From Mayamaea pseudoterrestris (lineage: Eukaryota), in the NCBI GenBank assembly GCA_027923505.1, contig BROI01000014.1, positions 124,001 through 188,000 of the forward strand: a stretch of DNA of 64,000 bases. Direction: 5' to 3'. This document shows positions 12,701 to 24,000 of the stretch, piece by piece. The translations under genes and the position numbers were made by a program. Each line of letters starts with the position of its first letter. Position 1 is the first letter of the stretch. Below the pieces are notes generated by a model. It saw nothing but the letters and a program-made list of their open reading frames with translations, did not search any database and was not told where the DNA came from.

Positions 12701-13629
12701 CTCCTGTACAGCCTGGAGTTCCATCACCGTCCGCGCCGAGTCAACAAATTCCTTCATTGCCGACCCCAACGTTTCCAACAGCACAGAGTCGAAAGCCTAT
12801 CAGTGCCCCTCCAATTCAACCGGCTATTCCATCCCCGTCTACGCCGAGTCAACAAGTGCCGTCATTGATAATGCCACCGCCTTTGCCAACCACTCAGAGT
12901 CACATGCCTGTCAGTTTGCCGCATGCATTCCCATCTCCTCTCGCGCCAACGCAGCAGGTGCCGTCTTTGATATTACCACCGTCGTCGCCAACCACTCAGA
13001 GTCAAGAGCCAATCAGTGCGCCGCCTGCGCAACCTGCATCCCCATCTCCTCTCGCGCCCCCGCAGCAGGTGCCGTCTCTGCAGCCACCGCCGTCGTCACC
13101 GATTTTCCAAAGTCAAGCACCTGGTTCTTTGAATCCAGTGCCGTCTACATTCCCATCTCCATTTGCACCAAGTCAACAGATACCTACGATACCCTTACCG
13201 CCATCGCCGACTATGCAGACTCAAGCGCCAGCGCAGCAGCCACAGACTTCACCACCAGTGTTGTTGACACAATCACCTACTCTTCAGCCTCAAGCAATTG
13301 TCCCGACATCAGCCGCGAAAACAAGCGAGCCTACTATTATGATGCCGTCCAATGCTCCTGCCGTCTCTCAAGGTGGACCTTCCGGAAACATAGGAGGCGG
13401 GAAGGGTGTCACACCTGTCCCATCGGTCCCGGGCAGGTCGGAACCGACGTCGGCAAATGTACCGGCCAAGAGTTGTCCGCCAGTCGCATTCACCGCCGGT
13501 AGACCGAGTAGGGGTAGAATCATTAAGAGCAAGCGAGGAAGAGCCGGCAAGACGAGTGCCCCAAAAGCGAGTCATGGTGGAAATAACAAGTCTGGATCTC
13601 CATCGGCACAGACGCATCCGATCCATTAA
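9736..13629 (+). CDS. Secreted mucin-like Pro/Ser/Thr/Gln-rich protein (cell-wall or extracellular-matrix candidate), 1297 aa
   Basis: N-terminal hydrophobic signal, long P/S/T/Q/A/V low-complexity body, and a basic Gly/Lys/Ser-rich C-terminus. The ORF is uninterrupted. Confidence 0.8.
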   Translation: MKLASILAVLTGMFRAKDGMAVDSESTMETEMWTRFVQENGSFGSIPTSVPITTAPSALGPGAGSPIPTAKVTTSPSAVAAPVPTQEHPTMLPALPTAFPPFPPTFSTKAPTTGRQGPTTNPTRILSKIPTLLPSVITQPSRSPSPHVQVLPSTQPSSSPALVPSGVQLPTLLPSPTSQPARASIPPVQPEIPSATVVPTTQLPGSPAPVPPSVISQAPALPSVPPVQVEVPFATMVPTIQLPGSPAPVPPVVQAPSTSQPSISSQAPALPSVQAPFTMQPSAVSQAPAVPSPQMPTAQPFAISRAPIGPSAKAPTTQPSAISRQIPSAQPTASRQAPIVPSVKAPTIQPSAISRAPVPSVQAPTVPSAQAPTTQPSNVSQAPAVPTIQAPTVPSIQAPTTLPPIVSPVLAMPSVHFPTATTQPSAITFAPVIPSVQAPATQPSVIGPKPAAPSVQTPTATARPSELTLAPAVPIVSVPTIQPSSVTAPPAQAEVPTSVTSEPTTQLPGSLVPVAPSVGAPSAVQPSTISQTPFVPGVKGPTAQPSAFSQGSTIPSGQTPSAPPPTSQAPAVQAPTTQPLPTQGPPVTSIQFPTVVPSSAISQAPVIPSGQAPTLLAPSAVSHAPATPSVQVPTTTPSTIQAPALPSVQAPTAVQPSVTSQPQGIPSAQAPNTQPPTVIQPPALPSVQAPTAVQPSVTSQPQGIPSAQAPNTQPPTVIQAPALPSVQAPTAVQPSVTSQPQGIPSAQAPNTQPPTVIQAPALPSVQAPTAVQPSVTSQPQGIPSAQAPNTQPPTVIQPPALPSVQAPTAVQPSVTSQPQGIPSAQAPNTQPPTILQAPALPSVQVPTTQAPIISRGPTLPTIFTRSPVAPSAGVPTLISQFPVVPSVQRPTIQPSLAQTLPVVPTSVTRTPTTQQPGSPSAITLAPILSHAPVLPSFKAPTAQPSAITTSPAVPSVQAPTQAQPSVVSPAPVTTILPAMPQSQAPISSPPVQPGVPSPSAPSQQIPSLPTPTFPTAQSRKPISAPPIQPAIPSPSTPSQQVPSLIMPPPLPTTQSHMPVSLPHAFPSPLAPTQQVPSLILPPSSPTTQSQEPISAPPAQPASPSPLAPPQQVPSLQPPPSSPIFQSQAPGSLNPVPSTFPSPFAPSQQIPTIPLPPSPTMQTQAPAQQPQTSPPVLLTQSPTLQPQAIVPTSAAKTSEPTIMMPSNAPAVSQGGPSGNIGGGKGVTPVPSVPGRSEPTSANVPAKSCPPVAFTAGRPSRGRIIKSKRGRAGKTSAPKASHGGNNKSGSPSAQTHPIH
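11656..12270 (+). repeat. Coding tandem repeat, 117 bp (39 aa) x ~5
   Basis: QAPALPSVQAPTAVQPSVTSQPQGIPSAQAPNTQPPTVI repeated with near-identical DNA at period 117. Confidence 0.95.
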
Positions 13630-15284
13630 ACAAGGGTAGAAACGTATGCACAGAACAACATTAAGTAAAATTCATTTCAAAGCTTTGTAATCTTCTACGC
13701 CGATAGCGCGTTTTGGCCGAGATTCAGAGACAGCAAGAGCATCCATCATGCCTTAACATGTATGCCACCCCATATCGTCCATCGTTCAAACCAGAACAAA
13801 GTTAGTATGTTTCGTAACTTATGGCATGGAATTGAGTCTCGAGTCAGTTCTCTTGATATAATTACGTTTGTTCCCATTCAATGAGCAGGAAACGTTTTTT
13901 TGAGATCCCCTCGATTAGATTCGTCGGCCATTCACTATCCATACCTTCTACCTTCACCCATCTGCTTCCCCTATAAAAGCTGTATCTGCTTTATTGCCTC
14001 TTGGCGCACGCTTCTGCATAGTATATGCTCCTGCTTTGTGTCGTTTGTACAATAGCGGCAATTTTCCTTTCGCTTACATCAGCATCCCCGGCGCGTGCAA
14101 CAGCCATTCGTTGCATGTAAATTATTCAGTGTTCTGGAGACCTGCATTTGCTTCAAATTATATGCCAGCGAATATCAATCTTGCCATTGTCTGTCTTCTT
14201 GTGCCGGTGTGCGCACCTGTTGTTGTTGTGCCTTGTTCCCGTCGTAACTGATGGCGATGACTTCTTCGCTGTGTCTGATGTTGCGTTGCGCAAAAAGGTC
14301 TAGGAGTGTCAATTTATCGTAAGTATATGCGTCAATGGGAATTATTGTGGACGATGTGATGCCGCTTCTACTCTTGTCGTCGCCCGTTTTGACGTCTTCG
14401 TCGTCCTCTCGCTATTTGCGTTGACTTTAAACTCACCTCCAGCAAAGCTTCAATTGTCTTTATATGCATCTTTCAAATCGCCTCCTACGACTATTGCCAC
14501 TAATTTAGATGTTGGAAGTCCTTTAATACAAGCTGAGCGATGCTGCTAATATTTTAACAACAGGACCCTTCTTTCTCGTCCAATCTGCTGCTGCCTGGTG
14601 CCACCTTTATTTTATAATTTGGTAGCAGGTTTTGGAATAGCGTGCATGAAAAGAAGCCCTGGTGCTGCCGTCTTTCTTCTCGTTTCGTCGTCGGTAATTG
14701 TTGCATCGCCCTCGTTGGTAGAAACCTCTTTAGGCTCCAGCAGTACCAGATTCCACATCGACATCGACACAAATGCTTCTTGTAGACAATGTTGTCGCAT
14801 TCATTGCCTTCATGTCTAACCGGTACGCCCAATGTGCAAAGTAACAATGCGTGGACGTCATGAAATGAACCGGATTTGAAGCCTTCGTTCGACGAAAGAT
14901 TGGTAGGAGGCGATTGATTGAAGTAACGGCGCATTCGTTGTGCGTGACCTTTCCACTCTTATCAAAGTACCAGCATTTCACAGTCAAATCCGGTGTAGTT
15001 TCAGTAGCTTGGTATACTCATATTGTCTTTCGGCACACACGGCGGCGGATGAATCGAAAAGTTGATGGAATCAAGTCAGTACCGATAGGACATTAAAATT
15101 TGACGTACTGGTATCTTAGATTAACTGTAAACTTCCACACCTGTTGATAGTTTTTCAGACATGGTTTTCACATGTGCTTATTAACCATTTTAGCGAGCGC
15201 GTTCCGCTTCACCTCACTCCAATCGTCGGTTGCAGGATGCAGCCATCACTTGTCGTACTACTTTGAAGCAAAGCAAAAGCGACC

Positions 15285-17714
15285 ATGGGAATCTTCAAAA
15301 AGAAACAGAGCAATATCGTGCCTTCAATTCAGCTCAAGGACAGCGAGGAGGAACGATCGGCTGCTGCTGCAAGAGGAGCAAGCAACAAACTCGTGGAGCG
15401 ACTCAGCAAATTCCAGCGAGTCCAGTCGAAGGACTCTGCAGACACTCGTTCGTCAACGAGCGAACATGACAAAATCCACTTAGTCGAATATGTTCCTCCT
15501 CAATTTGACTTTGCTATGAGTAGCTCAGTCTTTCAGAAGTCATCATCCAAACGCTTTCAGATCTTGGACAACGACGACGTATCCGTCGACGAGTCAATTT
15601 TGGATGGAGTTACCGGTAGCAGTAGCCCCGAGAGTGCTCACTGCTCCAAGTATCAGCCACCTCCGACATTCCTATCTCCGACTAGGCCACTCATCAGTCT
15701 CATGAATAAAGCTGACGCTCTCGGTACACCAGGTGACGAGTCGGTGCAGGAAGAAACATTCCGTCAATTCGTCTTTGACAAATCAGGGATCTCAGGAGTG
15801 GCCGAAAAGAAGAGCGATTCGGGCACTCAAGACTCGGACATTTTTCGCCTTGCTGCGGCAGCGACTTTGAACATTCAATCGACTAAAGCAACGACGGCTG
15901 AAAAATCGAAAGAGGTGCAACAAGCGAGCAGATGCTTGGAGTTGGACGTGAAGGACACGTCCTTTCGCAGCAAGCCGACATTTGAAAAGCATCAAGCATC
16001 ATCTGTTGTCAATATTGATAACGACAACCATTTGCCGGCGCACTTCGATGGTGGCTTTGTCAAGGACGATTTGAGCTTTCTCGAGCCTGCAACATTCATG
16101 GAGCAACTTTCAATGGAAATGAAAGCCGAATGCAATTACGCATTTGAGAATGGAAGCACTCGACAGCTCGCCGAAGACTTTTCAAAAATTGCTGATGATT
16201 TGGAGTGGAAACCAACTCAAGCGTTTTCTGCATCCATGGATGACATCACAGCATGTCGTTCTTTTCCGAACGCCACGGCTTTCACAAGTGGCAAACAAAC
16301 TTCCAAGTTACAGACAAATGTCGTTCAGTCTCCCAGTTTCACCTCACCATTGAAATTGCCTTCTCAAAGCAAGTCTTCACAAGCCGTCAGCTCCCAACGG
16401 ATCACTCAATCTGGGTTTACATCATCCTTTAAATTTCCATCTCCAAGCAAGACTTTGACAGCTGTCACCTCCCAACAAAACCTTCAATCAGACGAAGTGT
16501 CCATTACATCCCGGAGCTCTCGCACGTCGTACAAAGTATCGCCGCATCAGCGCCACACGCCTAGCTCTCGCCGCCGCCATGTGGCCCAGCCTATAGATAA
16601 TGCTTTCAAAGTCATCGATGCCGTGAACAAACCTTTCGCTGCCTGGAAGGGAGCTCCCGCAGAAGAAAATGTCGCTGATCATGGCGCCATGTTGGACGAA
16701 AATTATTCATCATTCCTTACAGCCGAATCAATTTCTCGGCTAAATGTTGACGTAAGCGCCAAAAAATCCAAGCATGGGAGTCAGTGTGACTTTTCCACTT
16801 TTTCGAATGCCAACGCGACTGTATTCCATGCATCGACCGTCGATCCCTTCGCTGATTTACCTGACGATCTAGAAAACGAAAATGATCCATTTCAAATTGG
16901 CATTGACAACAAGTTTAATTCTGCTTGGGATTTGAAACGATTGCCGACGTTTCCGAATAAATCAGTCGACCCACTCATTGAATCTATTCGTCGCGCAAGC
17001 AAGCAGCATGAGCCGTTCGACACATTAAGCCGCTCCACCAAACCAGACCCGTCGCCTCGAGCAATACCAGCTTCGCGGTCGGACGGGGACATGAGAGCAA
17101 ACAACAACGGTTACAATGACGAATGGGGTAAAGAGGGTCGCAAGCCAATAGGTGACATGGAAATTCCCCACACTTGTTCAGATGGCGCTTTGGGAACCAG
17201 CGTCAAGAATCCGATGTATGGACAGCGTCATAAACAGCCTTCAGTTGTTCCTGCCAACGCCATTCTGGGCTCCATGCTATTTCGTCAAATGGATTCGACC
17301 GCTTCAGCCGGAACTCACATGAAGCCTCCTCCGCCATCACAAGTGTTGAACAAGCCACGCCGAGCAGCAAGTCAATCAACGCCAACCAAAGAGATGACCA
17401 GCATTCCCTCAACAATCGAGGCGGCTGCCGCAGACGACGCCAGCGCCATTTCGAATGTGACGGAAGCAGTCAGTTCAGCCTACGTGAACAACTTCGAAGC
17501 GTGGAAGCAAAATGCGAGAAACGCGCTGACTCACTACAGCAACATGAAAAAGGTGGACTATCGTCCCAGCGCCCGGCCCGCTGGAGATGGCCGTGATTCG
17601 AAGAATCAAAGTCAGCGAGTGACGTGGATGAATCGCGTGCAAGAGGAACACCGCCGCATTTTTGAGGCAAACAAGCCGGCAACAGCAAGACAGACCTATG
17701 GAGGAGCAACGTAA
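15285..17714 (+). CDS. Hypothetical Ser-rich, probably disordered protein, 809 aa
   Basis: Long uninterrupted ORF with no recognisable domain. Confidence 0.75.
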   Translation: MGIFKKKQSNIVPSIQLKDSEEERSAAAARGASNKLVERLSKFQRVQSKDSADTRSSTSEHDKIHLVEYVPPQFDFAMSSSVFQKSSSKRFQILDNDDVSVDESILDGVTGSSSPESAHCSKYQPPPTFLSPTRPLISLMNKADALGTPGDESVQEETFRQFVFDKSGISGVAEKKSDSGTQDSDIFRLAAAATLNIQSTKATTAEKSKEVQQASRCLELDVKDTSFRSKPTFEKHQASSVVNIDNDNHLPAHFDGGFVKDDLSFLEPATFMEQLSMEMKAECNYAFENGSTRQLAEDFSKIADDLEWKPTQAFSASMDDITACRSFPNATAFTSGKQTSKLQTNVVQSPSFTSPLKLPSQSKSSQAVSSQRITQSGFTSSFKFPSPSKTLTAVTSQQNLQSDEVSITSRSSRTSYKVSPHQRHTPSSRRRHVAQPIDNAFKVIDAVNKPFAAWKGAPAEENVADHGAMLDENYSSFLTAESISRLNVDVSAKKSKHGSQCDFSTFSNANATVFHASTVDPFADLPDDLENENDPFQIGIDNKFNSAWDLKRLPTFPNKSVDPLIESIRRASKQHEPFDTLSRSTKPDPSPRAIPASRSDGDMRANNNGYNDEWGKEGRKPIGDMEIPHTCSDGALGTSVKNPMYGQRHKQPSVVPANAILGSMLFRQMDSTASAGTHMKPPPPSQVLNKPRRAASQSTPTKEMTSIPSTIEAAAADDASAISNVTEAVSSAYVNNFEAWKQNARNALTHYSNMKKVDYRPSARPAGDGRDSKNQSQRVTWMNRVQEEHRRIFEANKPATARQTYGGAT

Positions 17715-18216
17715 AGCGCTTGACTGATAGTCTCAGAAAAGCTTGAGTAAGAGTCGGCATTGACAATGGATGGGGATGATCAAATGATTGTTGTACTGCC
17801 ATTTTTCGTGTCATATAATAATTCATACCAATTAATAAGGCAGTGAGGTTGCCGTTTAAATTGTATCTTCTGCCAGTCAAGCGGCTTTTTTCAGTGATCG
17901 CAACTGCTAATTGTTAATTGCATACCGATACATTAGGAGCTTGAAGGATAGCTGGTCGATCAGGAAGGGCTTATATATAAAATGCGTCCGTTGCGCACAA
18001 ACTTTCGGAATACCGGAGCGACTGCATCTGTCTTGGTACTCAACTTTCGTAGAAGCTACGTAGCGTTTTCACTAATAACGCGCGAGACCGTTTGCCTCGT
18101 CGTCGAGCACAACATCATCATCCAAGTCCATCGAGCACCTCCTCTGAACACACACAAGGTTGCTACTCGTACAGCTATAGGTGCGCTCTGTGACAGCGCG
18201 AGCAAAGAGTACAATC

Positions 18217-20958
18217 ATGGCAAGTGCGGGTCGGCCTTTGCTGGATGAGCAGACGAAAGAGCTAGTAGTAGGCAGCAATGACGGTCCTTCGACGAGCACA
18301 AACATTGCACGCAACGACAAAACACTCGATTCGGCAAAAACTTGTCCGTCGCCTTTAGACTTTTACAGAGAGTTTACGCAGCAATCATCGTCTCCAGTCT
18401 CTGTTGCGCAAGCTGATTTTAGTCAAGAGCATGATTGTGTCGCGAGAGAGCATGAGGGTCACATTCCGGATGCAAGCACCAAGAGCTCCGACGAGCCAAC
18501 CACACACGCAACAACAATCCCCGTCGCGTATAGCACCTGCATTGCATCAGCCTTTGGAACAAATGTGAACCTTTATCGCGACATTTTCAATGTTTCAAGC
18601 ACGGTGTCAGAGCGAGACTTGCGAATGGCATACTTCCGTCAAGGCCGAGCAGTGTTGACGAATGATGCTTCATCGGGAATTGGCAACATTGGCACGCAGC
18701 CGCCTCTTGCCACCGACAAGGCATCCAAATCTAAATTCCAAGCCGTCAGTATGGCCTATGAAATTCTCAGTCGACCGGAATGGAAAGACTACTACGACAA
18801 GCACGGTCTGCCAATGGGCGAGCGAGTAACGGCATCAATGCTTCAAGGGACGAGTAGCTGCAGCCATTCATTCGACAATCAACCTGCTCGAGCTTCCTCT
18901 TTACGACTCAAGCAAAAAAGAGAGACAATGCCTCGCAGAATCCGATGGAATGAGCATGTGGAGGAATTGATTTACACCCAGGATGAGGATGAGCTATTGT
19001 TTAAACTTGGCTATTCAATCGATAATTCATTCCAATCAGATGTAAATGTCACGCACAGAAAAGACTCTTTGGGACATGGGCGATCCTCGAGAAAGTCGAG
19101 GAAGAAGGTGTGGCTCGAGGCGCAAGATTTGGGCGATACTTTGGACCGTTTCAACGAGGATTCGCAGCAGCAGCCGTCCTTGGTAGCAAGCTTTTTGAAC
19201 GATTTGGAGAAAAGTTTGGATGGATTGGAAGCTTCGGTTGATTCGTTCATGAGTTTCTCGTGGATGGGAGGTGGAACTGGTGACGATGGTGGTGGCGGCA
19301 ATGAGAATGTGAAGTGTCAAGACACGAGCACGATAATCCACCTTGCCGATGATGAACGGGATGTGAAAGAGAATGTTGCTGAGATAGATGGCGACGAACA
19401 ATCACGCTCGATAGAACTGGAATATGGCAAAGCAATCCAAGGCGATGGTTTGAAGGGATTAATCCAAATGGTGGACGAGCCTGAAATCGAAAGAGAGCCG
19501 AAAAATATTGAATCGATCCTGCATCCAAATTTGCCAGCATCATCGGACGAGTGCCCATCAAAAGATCCACTATATGAGTTGTCGCCGATATATGATTCTC
19601 TGATATCAACGCCACAATTTACTGCAAAGTCTTTTGGTTACATTGACTTCCCAGACAGCAAACGAGAGCAAAATATTGAGACTAGAGATTCTGCGGCGTC
19701 GCCCACGTCTCTCGTCGATTATCCAAGCAAAGCTTACTCACCTGAGCAAGAAAAGACTGCCGATGAAGATTTCGCAACAACAGTGATTGAAGCGCGCGAG
19801 GATGCATGCAGCGTGGAAAGCCACGACGCCAGCAGGAAGAACGACCCTACGGCAGAAATTTTCGCACTTTTGACAAAGCCGTATCAAACGAATGAATCTC
19901 TACCGCAAGCTATCATCGAACCCATGGCTAGGCAACTCTTTGTTGAAATTAAGGATAAAGATGACGAAGCTACAAGCATCGCAGTGGACTTTTTTCGCAC
20001 CAGCAGCATCGAATCTTCAAATGGAAAGGCACATTCGTCCAACCTTCGAATTTCCAGGGAAGACTTTGTCAAAAATTTCACGTCGGATCCATGGAAGTGC
20101 ATTGAAAGTCCATCGCCAAATTACGAATTTTACAAAGTAGACAAACGAAACGCAACTCATCATCAACGTGACAAAGAGTTCGTTGTTGTCGCCAAACCTC
20201 ATCCATCCAACAAGAAGGCAGCTCGATTGGAGGAGCGAATTGTAGATCAGTCAGAGCCTAATTTTAACCCGTTTGGTGACGAGCCGCCATGCGAAGAACC
20301 ACAAACTCTCTTTTCAAGCGTCGTGCGTCTTGATGATGGAGAAATCTCAGTTAGCACAATTGGTGCGAGTGAAGCTGCAAGCGGTTGGTCAATTTCCGCT
20401 CAAGAAAAAACAAGCGATCTTGGCATTAGTGCTGCGCAGTTTGGGAACGCAGCAACTTCCGTTGGCAAAGCTAAACCTTCCAAATCAAGCTTCCCTGTCA
20501 CTGTGCCCGCATGCAACAAGCCATACGATTCTGCACATATACATACCGAAGTATTCCACTCTAAAAAATCAATCCATGATCAAAACAAGACGATTCAGTC
20601 TTCGTCCTCGTTTGCGACTAATGATAGTGACGTACTACTGCTGGACGGTGCTTCTTCGATGGTCTCGTCTCTGACTGGGAAGCCCAGTGTCGTCTCTGCT
20701 TCGATGCCTACTTGCCCTTACATATTTACAATAAACGACGAGGGCCCAAGGATCATTGGTGAAAGGAAGCCCGACGGTTTTGGCCGCAAAGCTGCAGCCA
20801 ACGATGACGATTTCGCCGCGAGACTGTCTTCGTTTGCTACTCTTGTGGCTCAGGAAGTTACGAACTTTGGAGACACTCTTTTAAGTCTTTTCGGCAACGA
20901 TAGTAAAGGCACTGCTCTGGATCTCATGCTCGACAACATAAAGAGGCCTACAAATTAA
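18217..20958 (+). CDS. Protein with a divergent DnaJ-like domain and long disordered tail
   Basis: NLYRDIFNVSSTVSERDLRMAY...KFQAVSMAYEILSRPEWKDYYDKHG matches J-domain helices. First ATG is at 18217. Confidence 0.75.
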   Translation: MASAGRPLLDEQTKELVVGSNDGPSTSTNIARNDKTLDSAKTCPSPLDFYREFTQQSSSPVSVAQADFSQEHDCVAREHEGHIPDASTKSSDEPTTHATTIPVAYSTCIASAFGTNVNLYRDIFNVSSTVSERDLRMAYFRQGRAVLTNDASSGIGNIGTQPPLATDKASKSKFQAVSMAYEILSRPEWKDYYDKHGLPMGERVTASMLQGTSSCSHSFDNQPARASSLRLKQKRETMPRRIRWNEHVEELIYTQDEDELLFKLGYSIDNSFQSDVNVTHRKDSLGHGRSSRKSRKKVWLEAQDLGDTLDRFNEDSQQQPSLVASFLNDLEKSLDGLEASVDSFMSFSWMGGGTGDDGGGGNENVKCQDTSTIIHLADDERDVKENVAEIDGDEQSRSIELEYGKAIQGDGLKGLIQMVDEPEIEREPKNIESILHPNLPASSDECPSKDPLYELSPIYDSLISTPQFTAKSFGYIDFPDSKREQNIETRDSAASPTSLVDYPSKAYSPEQEKTADEDFATTVIEAREDACSVESHDASRKNDPTAEIFALLTKPYQTNESLPQAIIEPMARQLFVEIKDKDDEATSIAVDFFRTSSIESSNGKAHSSNLRISREDFVKNFTSDPWKCIESPSPNYEFYKVDKRNATHHQRDKEFVVVAKPHPSNKKAARLEERIVDQSEPNFNPFGDEPPCEEPQTLFSSVVRLDDGEISVSTIGASEAASGWSISAQEKTSDLGISAAQFGNAATSVGKAKPSKSSFPVTVPACNKPYDSAHIHTEVFHSKKSIHDQNKTIQSSSSFATNDSDVLLLDGASSMVSSLTGKPSVVSASMPTCPYIFTINDEGPRIIGERKPDGFGRKAAANDDDFAARLSSFATLVAQEVTNFGDTLLSLFGNDSKGTALDLMLDNIKRPTN

Positions 20959-21099
20959 ACACGTAAAAACTGTTTTATGCTTTTATTTTTCGAGCCTACC
21001 GTCGCTCGCACGTCGAGTAGTTGAAGTCCGCAAGTAGTATATTAGTAATGCATCTTGTCGGCCCAAATGTATACGGATTGAGAAGAGCGGGATAAATCA

Positions 21100-22939
21100 T
21101 CATCTCAGCAGCAGACCGCGCAGCTGTACAACACCATCTTCAATAGTGAGAGCGAGCTTTGCGAGAAAATTGTTTACTTGATCAAAGCACCATGTCCATT
21201 CGCCCCCGAAACGTGACAAAAACTCCCACGTAGCTGATTTGCGACAAGCTGCCGCAACGTATGCTCCTGCTTCCGACACCAATGAATTCGTCCTCGTCAA
21301 AATTGACGTGAGCGCCGAAGAAGACATGGAGGTGACACAAGCCACAAGCGATAGAAGCGAGTCGACAATAATAGTAGCTAAGCTTGACAAGGATGAGGCA
21401 ACGAACCGGCGGCTATATTCAAAGCTACCAAACACGCATTCGATCCCACGAGCCGGCAGCATCAATATTCCATTCCGACTTTGATCTAGCAGCCGACTCG
21501 CGCCCGCCCCTATATATTTAAAAAGCGACCAAATAGCTCGAACTGGAAATAAAAGTACATTCGAAACACGTCTTCCTGCGCCTCCGAACGCACGGTTCGG
21601 CCAAGTCAGCATTCTCCGAATTCCAAAAGCAGCATTATTTGCAAGGCTCTTGACAGCATTCTCAAACAAGTGCACTTCTTGCTCCGTGGACCTCGCGTAT
21701 CCGACAGCCATGATACTGGATACAAGCAACCCTATGCCAACTGTTGTAAACACAATCGTACTTGCCGGTCTTACGGCGTGTCCAAGACTGTTACGCAAGG
21801 CTTCACCAGCAGTGCGCTGTACAATATCATCTCCCAACACATCAGTGGCAAATTCCATGCTGCATTGGAAAACAAAACACAGCGTTAGTTATCTCTAATT
21901 GCTGCTACGCACGATGCATGCTGATATAAACTCACCTGTGATCAAGAACGTCCGAATCATTCAACGTTGCATGGGCCGACTGTTTCAGCAACTCAGTAAT
22001 GGTGGTAGGCACCGGCTCCTCTCGCGCCATTTTCTGCAGCATGGCAACTATGGAATCCTTGACCTGAGGATCGTCGACAATTTCAAGCACCAACTGTTGC
22101 ACTGCGCGTTTTATATTTTCGTCTTGAATCACCTTATTACAAACCTGAATGACTTGCGCCACCGTTTCCTTGTCATTGATCAAGTCGCGAAAGAGTTCCG
22201 CCAGTAGTTTATTGAGTGCGGTCTTGACTGGCTCGGACGACACCACCGTCACGACAAACTGCTGCGCCGCCTGCTGCAGCGTCCGCGACTGCATGACATC
22301 CTGCAGTATCGGTTCCAGTGCATTGTGGTATTTGAACGTTTTGCTTTCACCATCCTCCAGTATCACTTCCTCCTCCTTGCCCCATTCCGTCCTTGCCAGC
22401 TTGCTAAGGTCATCAATCACGTCGCTGCTGGCAAAAAAGTCGTCGTAGTCATCCTGCTCGAGAGTCTTGATTTGCTTCATAATGTACGGTGACGCCAGTA
22501 TCAAAATGGTCAGCACCGAAATTAACACAACGGCTACTTGATCACCTAAATTCAAATCCGTGACAACTCCCTTTAATCTTTGGAATTGCTGTTGGGCGAC
22601 GACGCTGGCGTTGGAGTGTGGAGTAGTGCTTGTTGTTGTCGCTGTCGTTGGTGCATTGCTGGTTGCTGCGTCGCCTGATTTTAGTGTAGCAGCATCTTTT
22701 TCGCTATCACCCTTCTCGCTGCCTTTTTGACTGCTGAAATACCGAAAATTCCGAACGCCATATTTAGAATGCAACGATTGTCGTATTTCGTTCGCGTGAT
22801 GTAAATTGATTGGTGCGGTTGATAAGAGCCTCATTGCCATGGAAACGGACGACGACGACGATGGTGCGATCCTGTTTCCGCCACACGTGGCAGTCGAAGA
22901 ACGCACCACTCGACAGGCGTTATGCCCTATTCTCAGCAT
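21100..22939 (-). CDS. Hypothetical membrane protein with mitochondrial-type presequence; 2 exons (22939-21936, 21859-21100)
   Basis: Arg/Ser-rich N-terminus and two hydrophobic segments. A GTGAGT...GCAG intron at 21935-21860 joins the two ORFs in frame (VLDHS-MEFATD). Confidence 0.8.
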
Positions 22940-23601
22940 GTTGAAGCTTTGGAATATCTATACTACGCAGCCAGTCGAACGCAAGATGCTAGAGTATATA
23001 GAGGGGTAAGGATTCTTTGTGGGGAGCGTGAGAAGGTGCGAGCCAAGCTCATGATCACGAATGTCGCACTGGTAAAATGAGGGATGCAGTCGTACCGGTT
23101 ATGAACTGCATCGAGCGCTTGGGAGTGCTTTTTCCTCGACTTGCGGCCGCAAACGCAAGGCATCCAACATCTCGAAGAAGATACTTTTGAGAGAAAAACG
23201 CTTGCAAGGTTACACTCACTTTACACGTAGGTCAGCAGTCTACCATTGCCGCGCGAGCGAGAGTATTGGAGACGATAATACGACTGTCGAGTAGCGCGCT
23301 GTCAATCAACGCAGCAAGTTTGCAAGGAGTTTAAAAAGAAGCAGCGCTGAAGGCGTAGTCAACATTCTGTGAAACACTGGGTGCTCGCTGGCTACGGTGA
23401 AAGGCTAGGACAGAGTTGTAGAGGCTGTTGAAAGACATTTTAGTTTCGTTAAGATACAAGCTGCGGCTACGGATGTTGGTGGCAACAGATTGTGAGAGCA
23501 GTCGATGGTTTGCCGAGCATGAGCGGTTCTGCTTGCAAAGCCGAAGGGTCCGGAAGCACATGGTCGGAGGCCCAAAGGGGCATTTCTTTTGGTCGTCCTT
23601 C

Positions 23602-23753
23602 TCCACTCCGTGGTTGTTCTTCAATCCAGGAGAACGGTTCTGCAGGCTGTTCTTCAAGTTGAGCATTGTTCTGCGGTCCACTCCGTGGTTGTTCTTCAAT
23701 CCAGGAGAACAGTTCTGCAGGCTGTTCTTCAAGTTGAGCATTGTTCTGCGGTC
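23602..23753. repeat. 75-bp tandem duplication (2 copies)
   Basis: TCCACTCCGTGGTTGTTCTTCAATCCAGGAGAAC(G/A)GTTCTGCAGG... at 23602 and 23677, with one mismatch. Confidence 0.95.
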
Positions 23754-24000
23754 AGTTCTTGAAGAAGTTCAGAGGGCTTTAGTAGCAGTGACGTCACAGT
23801 TCAGCTAGGCATTGTCATCCTAGCTCGGCATGCCCGTGGCTTCACATCCCTTTTGCTCCAGCTCAACTATAGTCTTTTATCATTGCGACGGCTACCATTC
23901 GAGGTCGCCATATTGGATAAGCATACAGGTGCTTACCAAGGAAAGTCGCCAAACCTTGCGCGCCATCGCGACTTAAACAAGCATTGCCAGCAAAAGACTT

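Noticed and set aside
23331..23808. Short ORFs over the 75-bp duplication
   Set aside because: There is no recognisable domain in either orientation; coding status is unsupported.
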